Below, piece after piece: positions 45,179-55,830 of a stretch of DNA of 56,874 nucleotides (position 1 is the stretch's first letter; each line of letters starts with the position of its first letter). The DNA comes from a virus. Taxonomy: Duplodnaviria; Caudoviricetes. The stretch is taken from the IMG/VR virus record IMGVR_UViG_3300030108_003878, positions 1 through 56,874 of that record; one strand, written 5' to 3'. The notes beneath the pieces are model-generated. The model did not search any database. It had not been told where the DNA came from and saw only the letters and a list, made by a program, of their open reading frames with translations. The position numbers and the translations under genes were made by a program.

Positions 45179-45435
45179 AAAACAATAACTACATCATGCT
45201 CTTTAATAACTTGAAATATTTCTTTTTTAAATTCAACGTCGTGGCCGGCATGCTTGTCATAAAAAATATTATCATTTTCTTTAACGCCTACAACCTCAGA
45301 GCCTATTGATATTACTTGTGCTTTATTATATCTTAAATCTTCTCGTATTTTTTCTGTTAATAATAAACCACCTTTAGTTTTTGATATACCTTGCTTTTCT
45401 TTTTTTATAATAATGTTTTTACCCACCGCTCTCAT
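45175..45435 (-). CDS. groES: Co-chaperonin GroES
   Basis: KTKGGLLL mobile loop, AQVISIG, VKENDNIFY; coupled to groEL. Confidence 0.88.
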   Translation of the reverse strand: MRAVGKNIIIKKEKQGISKTKGGLLLTEKIREDLRYNKAQVISIGSEVVGVKENDNIFYDKHAGHDVEFKKEIFQVIKEHDVVIVL

Positions 45436-46972
45436 TTGTTCTTAAATTATTAATTACACAATCGGTAGATAAAATAGTAGTTGCAACGGATGCTGCATTT
45501 TTTAAAGCTGTTTTCGTTACTAGCAGCGGGTCAATAATTCCTGATTTAATCATATTAACTTTTTTGCCAGAAATAACATCTATACCCCAACCTTCTTTAG
45601 CATTGTAATCAACTGTTAAATTACCATTATCTAATATAGTATTATAAGGAGCAGTTATAGAATCTAATAAAATTTGTTCAGCTGTATTTTTAGCAACAAT
45701 ATTTTGATAAGCATTTAAAAGAGCAACACCACCTCCGGGAACAATACCTTCTTTAATTGCAGCTTTAGTAGCAAAAATAGCGTCTTCAACTCTATCTGCT
45801 TTTTCTTTTAATTCAATACTAGTTTCTGCACCAACTTTAACAGTTGCAATTTTAGCTGAGAGTGTTGCTAATCTTTTTTCTAATCGCTGTATTTCAGCAG
45901 TATTTTTTGTATCATTAATTTGTTGTTTAACATTTTTAATAATACTTTTTACACTATCTTCTATTTCAGCAACCTTAATTATAGTTTCAGTATCTGTAGT
46001 TATAGCTTTTACACAATGACCAAGAAATTCTGGTTGTATTAAATCCATATCATCTCCTAAATCTTCATTAACGATTTTAGCTTTAGTTAATAATGCTAAA
46101 TCTGTTAAAGTATCTTTTTTTGACACACCGTACGTAGGAGCATTAATAATATTAATTTTAATATTACCTTTCATTTTATTCATTGCAAGGGTTGAAATAA
46201 CTTTAGGATCAACATCTGCAATAATTAAAAGAGATTTATTATTCTTAATTACAAACTCTAATACTGATTGAATTTTTCTAATACTTTCAATCGGAGATTC
46301 TACAATTAAAACTAAAGCATTTTCTAATTCAGCTACCCTAGTATCTTTCCTAGTTATAAAATTTGAATTAGTTAATCCTTTATTATATTGTATACCATCT
46401 ATTAATTCACAAGTTGTTTCTGCATTTTCTGTAGTTTCCATTATAACTACTCCCGTTTCATCTACAGATCTATATGCATCAGCTATTACTTTACCTAGTT
46501 TTATATCATTGTTAGTAGATATACTAGCAACTTGATCAATCATTTCTCCTGTTACTTTTACAGAAGTTTTTTCTAAATATTTTAAAACTTTATTTATTGC
46601 TGAATCAATCCCTTCTTTTATTTTACGCGGGCCTAAATTACTAAGCTCATTACCAGCATTTTGTAGGATTGAATATGCAAGAACTGTTGCAGTTGTAGTT
46701 CCATCTCCAGCTTCTTTTACAGTTTTTCGTGCCGCTTCTTTAATTAATTTAGCACCTAAATTTTCAACTGAATCTAATAATATTATTGAATCAGCTACGG
46801 TTACTCCGTCTTTTGTAATAACTGGATTACCGTTTTCATCTTCAAGAATTACGCGTTTGCCGCTAGCTCCTAGAGTTGAACTAACGGCTTGCGTAAGTTT
46901 ATTAATACCTTTAAATATTTTCTTTTTAGCTTCGTCTCCAAAGCTAAGATTTTTGACTATTGCGTCTGTCAT
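45419..46972 (-). CDS. groEL: Chaperonin GroEL (no GGM tail)
   Basis: ITKDGVTVA, AGDGTTTATVLA, EGIVPGGGVAL, GIIDP. Confidence 0.96.
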   Translation of the reverse strand: MTDAIVKNLSFGDEAKKKIFKGINKLTQAVSSTLGASGKRVILEDENGNPVITKDGVTVADSIILLDSVENLGAKLIKEAARKTVKEAGDGTTTATVLAYSILQNAGNELSNLGPRKIKEGIDSAINKVLKYLEKTSVKVTGEMIDQVASISTNNDIKLGKVIADAYRSVDETGVVIMETTENAETTCELIDGIQYNKGLTNSNFITRKDTRVAELENALVLIVESPIESIRKIQSVLEFVIKNNKSLLIIADVDPKVISTLAMNKMKGNIKINIINAPTYGVSKKDTLTDLALLTKAKIVNEDLGDDMDLIQPEFLGHCVKAITTDTETIIKVAEIEDSVKSIIKNVKQQINDTKNTAEIQRLEKRLATLSAKIATVKVGAETSIELKEKADRVEDAIFATKAAIKEGIVPGGGVALLNAYQNIVAKNTAEQILLDSITAPYNTILDNGNLTVDYNAKEGWGIDVISGKKVNMIKSGIIDPLLVTKTALKNAASVATTILSTDCVINNLRTNESGG

Positions 46973-47002
46973 GATTAAATTAAATTAAATTATAGTTATA
47001 TA

Positions 47003-47293
47003 TTATTTAAAAGTTTTAACGACCTTAGGGCCATTAATAAATTCCAACTTTTTATTATAATGCGCTATCGATGCTTCAATAGCTTTTTCTGCGCCTTCTA
47101 TAGTTTCTCTTCGTGTAACATCGTGCCATGTATCCTCGTTGTCAAGGTCTTGATATTCAGTTTGATAAAAACCATTTGGTAGTTGGGTGATACGCCAATT
47201 TGCTTTTTCTACTATATGCTTCCAAAGCTTTAGGGTTTCACTGGAAATTTTTGGTTGACTAGACCAAGAATGAGTCTGATAAAATAGTGTCAT
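47003..47293 (-). CDS. Conserved hypothetical phage protein
   Basis: WRITQLPNGFYQTE...VTRRET; preceded by a class L promoter. Confidence 0.7.
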   Translation of the reverse strand: MTLFYQTHSWSSQPKISSETLKLWKHIVEKANWRITQLPNGFYQTEYQDLDNEDTWHDVTRRETIEGAEKAIEASIAHYNKKLEFINGPKVVKTFK

Positions 47294-47328
47294 AGGTTTT
47301 GGTTTTAAATTAATATAAAGGTTTATTT

Positions 47329-47359
47329 TATAATTACTTAGTTTTATTCTCCTTTACAA
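47329..47359 (-). promoter_or_regulatory. Putative late promoter (class L)
   Basis: Minus strand TTGTAAA-N15-GTAATTATA. Confidence 0.65.
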
Positions 47360-47751
47360 CTACAATTATTTTCACCGCATACGCATTTTTTAAAATCCAT
47401 CTCTAATGTTTTATTCAAAAGTAATCGATCTATCATATCGTCTTGCAATTTAATAACCATTTGTTCTAAAGAATCTTTTTGACTTACTAACATATCAATC
47501 TTCATTTGCAAAGATGATATATTTTTTTTAGCTTCTTCTAGTTCATTTGGGCGGGCGCCAGTAATGGCACTTATTATTAATGCCAAACTAGCCGCTAGCA
47601 TTCCTACAAGTGTAGTTAATAAATCTCTATTTGTATTTGGTATTTCATATTGTGTTAAATAATACATAATCCCCATGATCATGCCAAACACAAGCAAACT
47701 GCCCGCAAAGTGGCGAATATCTTTTGCTACTCCGTTTCTTGGAATTCTCAT
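47344..47751 (-). CDS. Membrane protein (2 TM plus coiled coil)
   Basis: Two hydrophobic helices, coiled coil, Cys-rich tail. Confidence 0.7.
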   Translation of the reverse strand: MRIPRNGVAKDIRHFAGSLLVFGMIMGIMYYLTQYEIPNTNRDLLTTLVGMLAASLALIISAITGARPNELEEAKKNISSLQMKIDMLVSQKDSLEQMVIKLQDDMIDRLLLNKTLEMDFKKCVCGENNCSCKGE

Positions 47752-47771
47752 AATTAATTTGTTTTATAGTA

Positions 47772-50700
47772 TTAGCTAAATGTTACTGTTTCTCCTCCTG
47801 TTGCAGTTGCAGTAACTTTGTAATAATAATCTGAACCAACAGCATTACCACTGACTGTCCCTCCGGTCGTACCGTTTACTGTTACACCAGAACTGAACAC
47901 TAAGCTTGCTTTTGAACATCTTATTATAATTACACCAGAACCTCCAGCTGCACCACCTGAAGATGCTGAACTATATGAGCCTCCTCCACCCCCGCCGGTA
48001 TTTGCAGTTCCAGCAGTTGGAGCAGTACTAGTACCGCCACCATTTCCACCTCCATTTGTGCCTGTACCCCCAACGGTAGCATCGGATCTTCCTCCTCCAC
48101 CGCCACCAGCGTAAAACAAGTTTAGTCCGTCAATATTACTTTGTAATCCAGCTCCGCCATTTCCAGCTGTGCTCCCAAATCCAGTTGCACCAGCACCGCC
48201 GGCACCACCACCACCACCTGCACCAGTAGGTGAACCACTACCGGCTTTACCTCCAGCGTTTCCTTGACCGGTTGTTCCAGATCCTCCATTATCACCACCA
48301 CCAGAATAAGGGGCTGCGCCACCACCCCCAGAACCTCCTGATGGGGCATTTGGAATATTAGGAGCTGTACCCGTAGTACCTCCTCCTCCACCACCGCCGA
48401 CCGCGACGATAGTTGTAAAGTCAGAATCTTGTCCATTAGATCCATTGGTATTTGCTGATGAGGTCGCTGCACCTCCCGCACCTACTCTCAGAGGTACTGC
48501 TCCAGCAACAGATATTGCAGTTCCTCCAAAGTTTGTTCGGAAACCACCAGCACCACCACCACCACCGGGTACTCCATTTGCACGTGTACCACCACTACCA
48601 CCACCTGCTACAACTAAATAAAATACTTCAGTAAGTTGAGCCGCGGCTGGAATTGAACAACTAGTACTTAGTGTTATAGTTCCTGCTGCAGTACCTGGAT
48701 TTGCTGATCCCCCAAATATTCTAAAATAATATCTTTTACCGCCTGCGGAATATAAATAATAATATCCGTTGAAAGCAGCTGTGCTACTTGCATACCCGGT
48801 AGTAGAATCTGTTTGAAATACTCTATCTCCAACTTCAGGAAATGTTGATCTACCATTATGCCAATATTTTATATTTGAATTAGGGGGCGTTTGAACACTA
48901 CAAATAGCTGATTGTCTGTTATTACTAGCTAAAAATGCTGTTCTTTGAAATGTAACCGTTGGACTAGGACTAGCACTAGTTACACTTACTGCTTGTTTAT
49001 TTGCATTATTTACTAAATTAGTTCTATTAATAGCTACGTATTCTACATAAAAAAAGCAGTCATTAAGAACATTACCATCAATTCTAGTAGTACCTACAAG
49101 CATTAGTCTTAAACTTGCAGCATTTGCATAGGGAGGGTTTACTACAGGAGGAGGATTTGTTATTTGCCACCAACTTAATCCACTCTGGCCTCTAGACATA
49201 CTATATTGAGCCATACTATCATATCCTCCGCTGTTATTAAATTTACCTTGGACACCTATTGGCATTTGATAAAATCTATAATTTCCGGTAGCGCCTAAAT
49301 AACCGGTAAGCCCATCGTTTGGAACCCCAGAAAGAGTACAAAAATTATTACCGTTTGTATATGGAATATTAGGATTACCAGCCATTATTAATCTAATAGG
49401 ATATGGATCAGTCCCCCAACTTGGTGTTGGAGAACCAGTTGTTGCTAAATTAGGTATATACATAGCCGTGCATCTTACATCTAATATAACCTGGCCTGAT
49501 TTAAATGGAACTAATTGAATTGAAGTTTGCGCTCCAGCCCCTAGCCCATTACCCGCTGGCCATGAATCAGGAGGTATTCTTACAACCATTGATCTTCTGC
49601 CCTCTATCATTTTACCATTAAGCCCGTAAGCGCCATACATTGATGGAATATTTTCTTCTCCTTGTTGTTGAAAGAAATTACCTCTACCATATGCTCCTTG
49701 CTTAATTGCTGGTTGTGAACTTGATGCAAAAAAGCCTTGCTCACTTGCATTAATCGATGTTGTTTTTACATTTCCTTCCACATGTAGCGCTGACCCCGGA
49801 AATGCAGTTCTTACACCAACTCTATCACTTGTTGAATTAGCTATTGTTACATCTGTAGCATTTGGCTGATCAATTATAGAATCACCAATAGCCGTTGAAG
49901 CCGTAAACTTAGGAATTTTATTTGTAGTACCGCTACCAGTTATTCCGCTTCCACTCGGTGTACTCCAATTACCTGTATAATCTAAATATTGTCCTGCTGA
50001 TCCACCGTTTATTCCAAGGGTCAATGTACCAGAGCTTGTAATAGGTGAACCGCTTACTGAAAAAGCTGAAAAGGCAGAAGCATCTAAACCTACCGAAGTA
50101 ACCGTTCCACCTGAATCAATGTCTGTCCATGAGGCGGTAATCGTACTTGAATCCTGCTGTGTTAATGTAAGTGTTTTAGTAGTTGTTCCTGTAACTGCCG
50201 CACCTGTTAAACTTCTATCATAAGCTGTAGTCCACTGCGTAGAAGTTGCGCTATTTACTGTTAATACATCGGTGGAAGCGTCGTAGGTCATACCCGCATC
50301 TCCGGCTAATTGCGAAGTAGTAGACCAATAAGCTACTTGACCTGCTACACCTGAACCATCAAGCGTTGATGAATTATCAATTTTATCCCATTGATCAGCT
50401 CCTCCTGCTCCATCATCTGTAAATACAGCCCAATCACCAACTTGCCAATCTGTAATACCATCTAAGTTTGTACTACCAGCAACGGATACAATATAATAGT
50501 TACCTACAGTGCCTGTTGCGCTTGCTAATGTTGGTGTATTAGTATTAGCATTCCAGTTGCCCTTAAATACTAATCCAGCTGGTACTGTTGAAATCATACT
50601 ATCAACATATGCTGTTGTTGCTAGTTTTGTAGAGTTATCGCTATTTGATTGAGTTGTTGCACTTGAACCATCAGGCGCTGTAAAGCCTCCAGCTGGAAAA

Positions 50701-53087
50701 CCTATGGCAGCAACCCCTGCGTCACCTGTAGTAACTGTTATAGCTATTTCTGCTGTATCATTTGGAATAACTGAAAATGTTCCTGCACTTGTCCCCGAGT
50801 TTTCATCAAGTGTTAATGTTGCGCCATTACTTGCAGATGTAGTATCAAAATCATATGCAGCTCCTGCTGGTGTAGACCAAGCTCCTGTATAATCTAAAAA
50901 CTGCCCGGCTGAGCCGCCATTTATACCAAGTGTAAATGTGCCACTAGAAGATATTGCTGTAGAGGGTGAAATTGAAAATGCGCTATATGCAGATACATCA
51001 AAGCCTATAGATGTTACAGTTCCAGGTGCATTTGTATTAACATAACTATATACATCGCCGCTGGTTACTAAAGCCGTTGACCCAGATGCTACAGCCGCAG
51101 TTACAGCTGTTATTGCAGGAGTTGTAGTTGTATTAGCAACTGTAATCGTATTTGTATCAGCTGAGGTAACGCTAGTTACAGTACCGCCACCACCACCAGA
51201 ACCAGAAGCTGCTACTGTTACTCTACCATATGTATCAACTGTTATATCAGCATTAGTATAAGATCCAGGAGTAACACCTGATGATGCTAAGTCAACATTC
51301 ATAGTACCATTTGCCGTTAAAGGCGAACTACCTATAGTAATAGTTCCTGCTGTACTAGTTAGACCAACACTTGTAAGCGCAGTAGTCCAGGAGTTATCTC
51401 CTGCTAAAAAGTTTGATGAACTAGGTGTACCTGTAGCAGATAAATCTGCAGTGACTGTTACAGCTCCTGAAGTTGGAGATGTAGGTGTTAGGTCTATAAA
51501 TGTACCATTAGTTGTTGTAACTGTTTGTGTAATGCTAGCTGGTATATCAGAGCTTAATGCATATCTGCCGTCTAAATCTTGTGTAAGATCGGAAAGTGCA
51601 CCTGTTCTATCTAAAGTTAAAACACCTGTTGCAGTATCAAAAGATATACCGTCAACATAATTATCTGTTACAGGTGGGGTTGCCCATTGATTATCTCCTC
51701 TTAAAAAGGTTGTCGAATCTGCAGTACCTGTTGCAGATAAATCAGCTGTTACTGTAACTGCTCCTACAGCGGGCGCATCAGGAGTTAAATCTATAAAAGT
51801 ACCATCTGTAGTTGTAACACTTGTTACTTCACCACCCTGGCTCACACTCCCACCCATGTTTGAATGCACTGCACAACCATAATATAGCACGGGTGCTGTT
51901 TGTGTTAATGTTACTCTTAGCTTTCTTGTAGTAGTACTTGAAAAACTACTTTCCCAATCAGTTTGGTTTACTGCTGCATTGTTTACTAAATATATTATAC
52001 CAGTTGTATAAGCTGTAGCACCGGATCCAGCCCCTGAAGTTTCGGTTAATATAAATGGATGATTATTAACTGATAAATCGCTTACATCTATTAAGTATGT
52101 AACATCGGGTAATAATGTAATTGTTGGTTGAGCTGTTCCATCTATTTCATATTTTGAACTACTATTTACTGTTACAACTATATTATTAAGAGTAGTTGAG
52201 GTTATAAACCCATCAGCAGTAGCTGCAAACATTTGATTATCGAAACCTGATACACCTTTTGTAGTTGCACCATCGGTTGCGCCTGCACTTGCTGGAACTA
52301 CATTTGATTCTATTGTAATCCAATCACCAATTACTGAAGCTCCAACCACTGCGGCTGTTTGAGCATATACTTGATCGCCTACAGCTAAAGGTACGGTAGC
52401 ATCACCATAAAAATCACCTGCTGTGGTTACTACATATAAATCTCCTACATCAACTGCAACTCTAGAACCTCCTGAGGTTAGATTATCTGTTCCTCCGTCT
52501 ATTACACCTGTTGTTGCATTAAAGCCCCCTTTGAATGTTACTCCGCCTGCTGTTAATTGATCAACATATGATTTAGTCGCTACATCTTGTGCATCAACTG
52601 GATTGGTTATATTTTGTATTCTTGCATTAACTCCTGTAGTTACAAAGTTATATATTGAACCCGCCGTTGCTAGATTAACACCACCACTACCAATAGTAGC
52701 TGTTGTATTTGCTGCTACAGTTGGTGCAGCTGATGTTCCGCCTATAGTTATTGTATCTGTATTACCGGATGTTACACTTGTAACAACACCCGTAACACTT
52801 ACATTAACATCACCTACTCCACTGGCTGGAGAAAGTGAAATATTTGCACCTGCTATTAAGGATGTTACTCCTGGATCTAATGTACAATTTATTGTTACTT
52901 CTCCAACTCCATCTGTTGGGCTAATTGATATATCTGTACCTGCTATAATTTTTTTAACACCTGATGTTAAATCAGCAATACTTTGTACTGTAAAAGTTTT
53001 TGTAGGGTTACCGCTACCAACTTTTGTACCTATTATTAAATCTGATAATTCTGGTGTTGCTAGTGGATAACTATATATTATTGCCAT
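47772..53087 (-). CDS. Long tail fibre / receptor-binding protein
   Basis: 1771 aa, T/G/S-rich; repeats GTVTSV and FLRGDNQW; DVATKSYVD; C-terminal Gly-rich domain; N-terminus shared with 54513-55556. Confidence 0.85.
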   Translation of the reverse strand: MAIIYSYPLATPELSDLIIGTKVGSGNPTKTFTVQSIADLTSGVKKIIAGTDISISPTDGVGEVTINCTLDPGVTSLIAGANISLSPASGVGDVNVSVTGVVTSVTSGNTDTITIGGTSAAPTVAANTTATIGSGGVNLATAGSIYNFVTTGVNARIQNITNPVDAQDVATKSYVDQLTAGGVTFKGGFNATTGVIDGGTDNLTSGGSRVAVDVGDLYVVTTAGDFYGDATVPLAVGDQVYAQTAAVVGASVIGDWITIESNVVPASAGATDGATTKGVSGFDNQMFAATADGFITSTTLNNIVVTVNSSSKYEIDGTAQPTITLLPDVTYLIDVSDLSVNNHPFILTETSGAGSGATAYTTGIIYLVNNAAVNQTDWESSFSSTTTRKLRVTLTQTAPVLYYGCAVHSNMGGSVSQGGEVTSVTTTDGTFIDLTPDAPAVGAVTVTADLSATGTADSTTFLRGDNQWATPPVTDNYVDGISFDTATGVLTLDRTGALSDLTQDLDGRYALSSDIPASITQTVTTTNGTFIDLTPTSPTSGAVTVTADLSATGTPSSSNFLAGDNSWTTALTSVGLTSTAGTITIGSSPLTANGTMNVDLASSGVTPGSYTNADITVDTYGRVTVAASGSGGGGGTVTSVTSADTNTITVANTTTTPAITAVTAAVASGSTALVTSGDVYSYVNTNAPGTVTSIGFDVSAYSAFSISPSTAISSSGTFTLGINGGSAGQFLDYTGAWSTPAGAAYDFDTTSASNGATLTLDENSGTSAGTFSVIPNDTAEIAITVTTGDAGVAAIGFPAGGFTAPDGSSATTQSNSDNSTKLATTAYVDSMISTVPAGLVFKGNWNANTNTPTLASATGTVGNYYIVSVAGSTNLDGITDWQVGDWAVFTDDGAGGADQWDKIDNSSTLDGSGVAGQVAYWSTTSQLAGDAGMTYDASTDVLTVNSATSTQWTTAYDRSLTGAAVTGTTTKTLTLTQQDSSTITASWTDIDSGGTVTSVGLDASAFSAFSVSGSPITSSGTLTLGINGGSAGQYLDYTGNWSTPSGSGITGSGTTNKIPKFTASTAIGDSIIDQPNATDVTIANSTSDRVGVRTAFPGSALHVEGNVKTTSINASEQGFFASSSQPAIKQGAYGRGNFFQQQGEENIPSMYGAYGLNGKMIEGRRSMVVRIPPDSWPAGNGLGAGAQTSIQLVPFKSGQVILDVRCTAMYIPNLATTGSPTPSWGTDPYPIRLIMAGNPNIPYTNGNNFCTLSGVPNDGLTGYLGATGNYRFYQMPIGVQGKFNNSGGYDSMAQYSMSRGQSGLSWWQITNPPPVVNPPYANAASLRLMLVGTTRIDGNVLNDCFFYVEYVAINRTNLVNNANKQAVSVTSASPSPTVTFQRTAFLASNNRQSAICSVQTPPNSNIKYWHNGRSTFPEVGDRVFQTDSTTGYASSTAAFNGYYYLYSAGGKRYYFRIFGGSANPGTAAGTITLSTSCSIPAAAQLTEVFYLVVAGGGSGGTRANGVPGGGGGAGGFRTNFGGTAISVAGAVPLRVGAGGAATSSANTNGSNGQDSDFTTIVAVGGGGGGGTTGTAPNIPNAPSGGSGGGGAAPYSGGGDNGGSGTTGQGNAGGKAGSGSPTGAGGGGGAGGAGATGFGSTAGNGGAGLQSNIDGLNLFYAGGGGGGRSDATVGGTGTNGGGNGGGTSTAPTAGTANTGGGGGGSYSSASSGGAAGGSGVIIIRCSKASLVFSSGVTVNGTTGGTVSGNAVGSDYYYKVTATATGGETVTFS

Positions 53088-53101
53088 TTTGTTTTATTTT
53101 T

Positions 53102-54511
53102 TTAAGGACATGTAACAGTGTTGTCTATACCATTGTAGTAATAGAACACGATGTTATCTCCATTAGAATCTTGTTGATCAGTTGTTACAAACCATCTGAA
53201 ATTAGTTAGCTGTGAACCAAGCCCGTTGTCTATATCCCATGTTTGACTTATTGTAGTTCCAAAAGGTGGTAATATCCCTTCACCCCCATTGAAATAATTA
53301 TAATCAGCTGAAGCTCCAACACTACCACTGTTCCTATCACTACAAGCAGCAGTTAAAGATGTATAGGGACCATATCCATAAGATTGATCTGCAACTGGAT
53401 TAATGTTAGCTTGAGCACCGGATCCGCTTGTTCCTACTAAATTATAAGTTGTAGGGCTACCAGAAGCTGTGCTTAAAGAAGATGCGGTTATTACATCAGG
53501 CATGGTAATGTCAACACTACCTTTTTGTATTTTTGAATCTGTAGTAAATTGATAACCACTACTGAAAGTATCAAAAGTATACCCTATTGTAATTGTTGAA
53601 GAGGGGGTTGTAGAAATTACCAGTGTTGCGGTTTGATCAAAATCGTTAGTACTATTTAAATTTCCTGTAGTATTACCACTACCTGTAGCACCTGATATAC
53701 TGTAATCAAACTCTCCTTGCGAAGGATTACTTGCAACATCTCTAGTAAATTTAACATAATAACTTTGTAAACTCGCACTTTCAGTACCGCTGATAACTCC
53801 TGCAATAGTTCTATCTGCTGAACTTATAGTATTACTATATGAATAAGTCCAAGTATATCCATCTCCATTTGAATTAGTCATGTTTACTGCTGAGCCTCCA
53901 TCTATTGATATTTGTATTCCTGTGTAGGTATAACCCGAAGATGCACCGGTATATTTGAATACTGTTGATGAATCAGTACCTGGAGACGCTGGTCCTACGG
54001 GAGATGGAGTAACTGATACGCTACCTTGCGTTAAGCTAGAAGTTTTAGATACAGTATAAGTATCAGTAAATGTAGTTACTGGTGCTGTTGTAGAACCGCC
54101 AAAAATTTGATAAACAGTTGTGTTTACACTCGGTATTGTTCCAGCTAGTGTTCTAGAAACCGGTGTAGATGTACTTGTTGAATTACTTGAACTTCCAATC
54201 CATACAGTAGGATTTCCGCTATAGCCACCTGCTGTATTAACAGCTATCGTATTTGTAAAAGAGTATGAATCCACCCCTGCTTGTCCTGATTGTGTACTAC
54301 CGCTGCTAGGCCCACCTATTGTATAACCTGCAGATCCACCCGTCCCACCTGGGGATCCTGAATAAAGCATAGTAACTGTTACAGGTGTGAAACCACAATT
54401 ATCAAAAACCTCTGTAGTGCCTAAATATGCTTTACATATTTGCTGGTCTCCTAAGTACATATATCTACTAGAGCCTTGATCAATTTGAGTTGAACCTAAA
54501 TATATAGCCAT
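53102..54511 (-). CDS. Tail fibre-associated / adhesin protein
   Basis: N-terminal YLG repeats (IYLGST, MYLGD, AYLGT); S/T-rich beta domains. Confidence 0.7.
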   Translation of the reverse strand: MAIYLGSTQIDQGSSRYMYLGDQQICKAYLGTTEVFDNCGFTPVTVTMLYSGSPGGTGGSAGYTIGGPSSGSTQSGQAGVDSYSFTNTIAVNTAGGYSGNPTVWIGSSSNSTSTSTPVSRTLAGTIPSVNTTVYQIFGGSTTAPVTTFTDTYTVSKTSSLTQGSVSVTPSPVGPASPGTDSSTVFKYTGASSGYTYTGIQISIDGGSAVNMTNSNGDGYTWTYSYSNTISSADRTIAGVISGTESASLQSYYVKFTRDVASNPSQGEFDYSISGATGSGNTTGNLNSTNDFDQTATLVISTTPSSTITIGYTFDTFSSGYQFTTDSKIQKGSVDITMPDVITASSLSTASGSPTTYNLVGTSGSGAQANINPVADQSYGYGPYTSLTAACSDRNSGSVGASADYNYFNGGEGILPPFGTTISQTWDIDNGLGSQLTNFRWFVTTDQQDSNGDNIVFYYYNGIDNTVTCP

Positions 54512-54512
54512 G

Positions 54513-55556
54513 TTATACGATTACATAAAGTGTATTAGCGTCGGGTGAAGTAATTGCGTTGTATTCAGTTTGAGTTAATGAAACTACATTATTTACTTTC
54601 GGTGAGGTATAACTATCTGTTGAGTTAGATAAAATATTTAATAATGCTATTTCTGTATTTTGTGTACCGCTAATAGATAAGTTTTTAGTAGTATTAGCTG
54701 CGTCATAAACTTGTGAGGTATTTCCTGCTGCTATAGTTTGCGGTACTGTTGCCTCTAAAGCTACTGTTACCTCTGCAACACCTGCATTATCAGCTATTGA
54801 TGTATCAATTCCAGATCCACCTACCATTTTAACTTGCTCGGCATCTACAATTGTCTCATCTGTTCCGGTATCTGCTTGTAAATCCCAGCTACTCATTGTT
54901 CCGCCAGCTGCAATTGTTGCCCATGAGCCATCACCTCTTAGATATGTGCTGCTACTTGGGGTACCGGTTGCTGTAAGTGCTACAGTTGGGGCTTGCGTTG
55001 TTCCTCCTATTTCAATAAATGAGGCCGCAAAGACTGTTCCGGCAGCAACAGCGGCAGTTACACCGGTTACAGCGTCACTTCCGATGGTAATTTCGCTCGT
55101 TGCGTCATTATTACTTATAGTTATAGGCGTCGATGGGATTAATTTTACTATATCAGGCGTTCCTGTAGTAGGAGTAAGCGTAATATCTGTGTTCGATGCG
55201 TTAGTTGCGGAGGTTAATGCATAAGTTATTTGCGTACCTGTCCCAACTGGCTCGGCCCATTGCCCATCACCTCTATAAAATGTAGTTGTACTGGGTGTTC
55301 CTCCGTTATCGGTTAACGATACGGTCATATTCCCGCTTGTAGTAATAGGTGAATTAGTTACTGTTATAAAGGTAGTACCCGTTATACCAACAGAGGTTAC
55401 AGTACCACCGGTTCCGGCAGCAGGTATAAGCCCTATAATGTCGGATATAGCAAAAGTTTTAGTTGGATTTTCTCCACTTGTATCCGATGTAAGCGTACCG
55501 ATCAATAAATCTGAGGCGGTCGGGGTTGCTTTAGGATATGAATATATTACTGCCAT
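54513..55556 (-). CDS. Short tail fibre protein
   Basis: MAVIYSYP...SDLLIGT...NPTKTF anchor; YLRGDGSW repeats; C-terminal LTQTEYNAI...NTLYVI. Confidence 0.75.
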   Translation of the reverse strand: MAVIYSYPKATPTASDLLIGTLTSDTSGENPTKTFAISDIIGLIPAAGTGGTVTSVGITGTTFITVTNSPITTSGNMTVSLTDNGGTPSTTTFYRGDGQWAEPVGTGTQITYALTSATNASNTDITLTPTTGTPDIVKLIPSTPITISNNDATSEITIGSDAVTGVTAAVAAGTVFAASFIEIGGTTQAPTVALTATGTPSSSTYLRGDGSWATIAAGGTMSSWDLQADTGTDETIVDAEQVKMVGGSGIDTSIADNAGVAEVTVALEATVPQTIAAGNTSQVYDAANTTKNLSISGTQNTEIALLNILSNSTDSYTSPKVNNVVSLTQTEYNAITSPDANTLYVIV

Positions 55557-55570
55557 GGTTATATTTATTA

Positions 55571-55801
55571 TTATCTATTTAATGCTCGTTGTTTTACTTT
55601 TTCTTTTGTACTTTTAGGATGAGGTAGGCCCCGATGCATCTTTGTTGGAGCCCCCGTGCCGTACTCAGCTTTCATAGTGGCAACATTGTTGGCTAATATT
55701 TCTTTTGTCTTTTCGTAATCTCCACCGGTATCAGCCATTACTTTTGAAAATGTATTACCTCTTACAGGGGAAAACATAGGCATTCCTTTAATTGCTTTCA
55801 T
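55571..55801 (-). CDS. Small hypothetical protein, first late gene
   Basis: 76 aa directly after a class L promoter. Confidence 0.6.
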   Translation of the reverse strand: MKAIKGMPMFSPVRGNTFSKVMADTGGDYEKTKEILANNVATMKAEYGTGAPTKMHRGLPHPKSTKEKVKQRALNR

Positions 55802-55830
55802 ATTGTTGTTTTTAAAGTATTTGTACTCAT

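Noticed and set aside
47772-55556. Diversity-generating retroelement acting on tail fibres
   Set aside because: No reverse transcriptase and no repeat pair differing only at adenines
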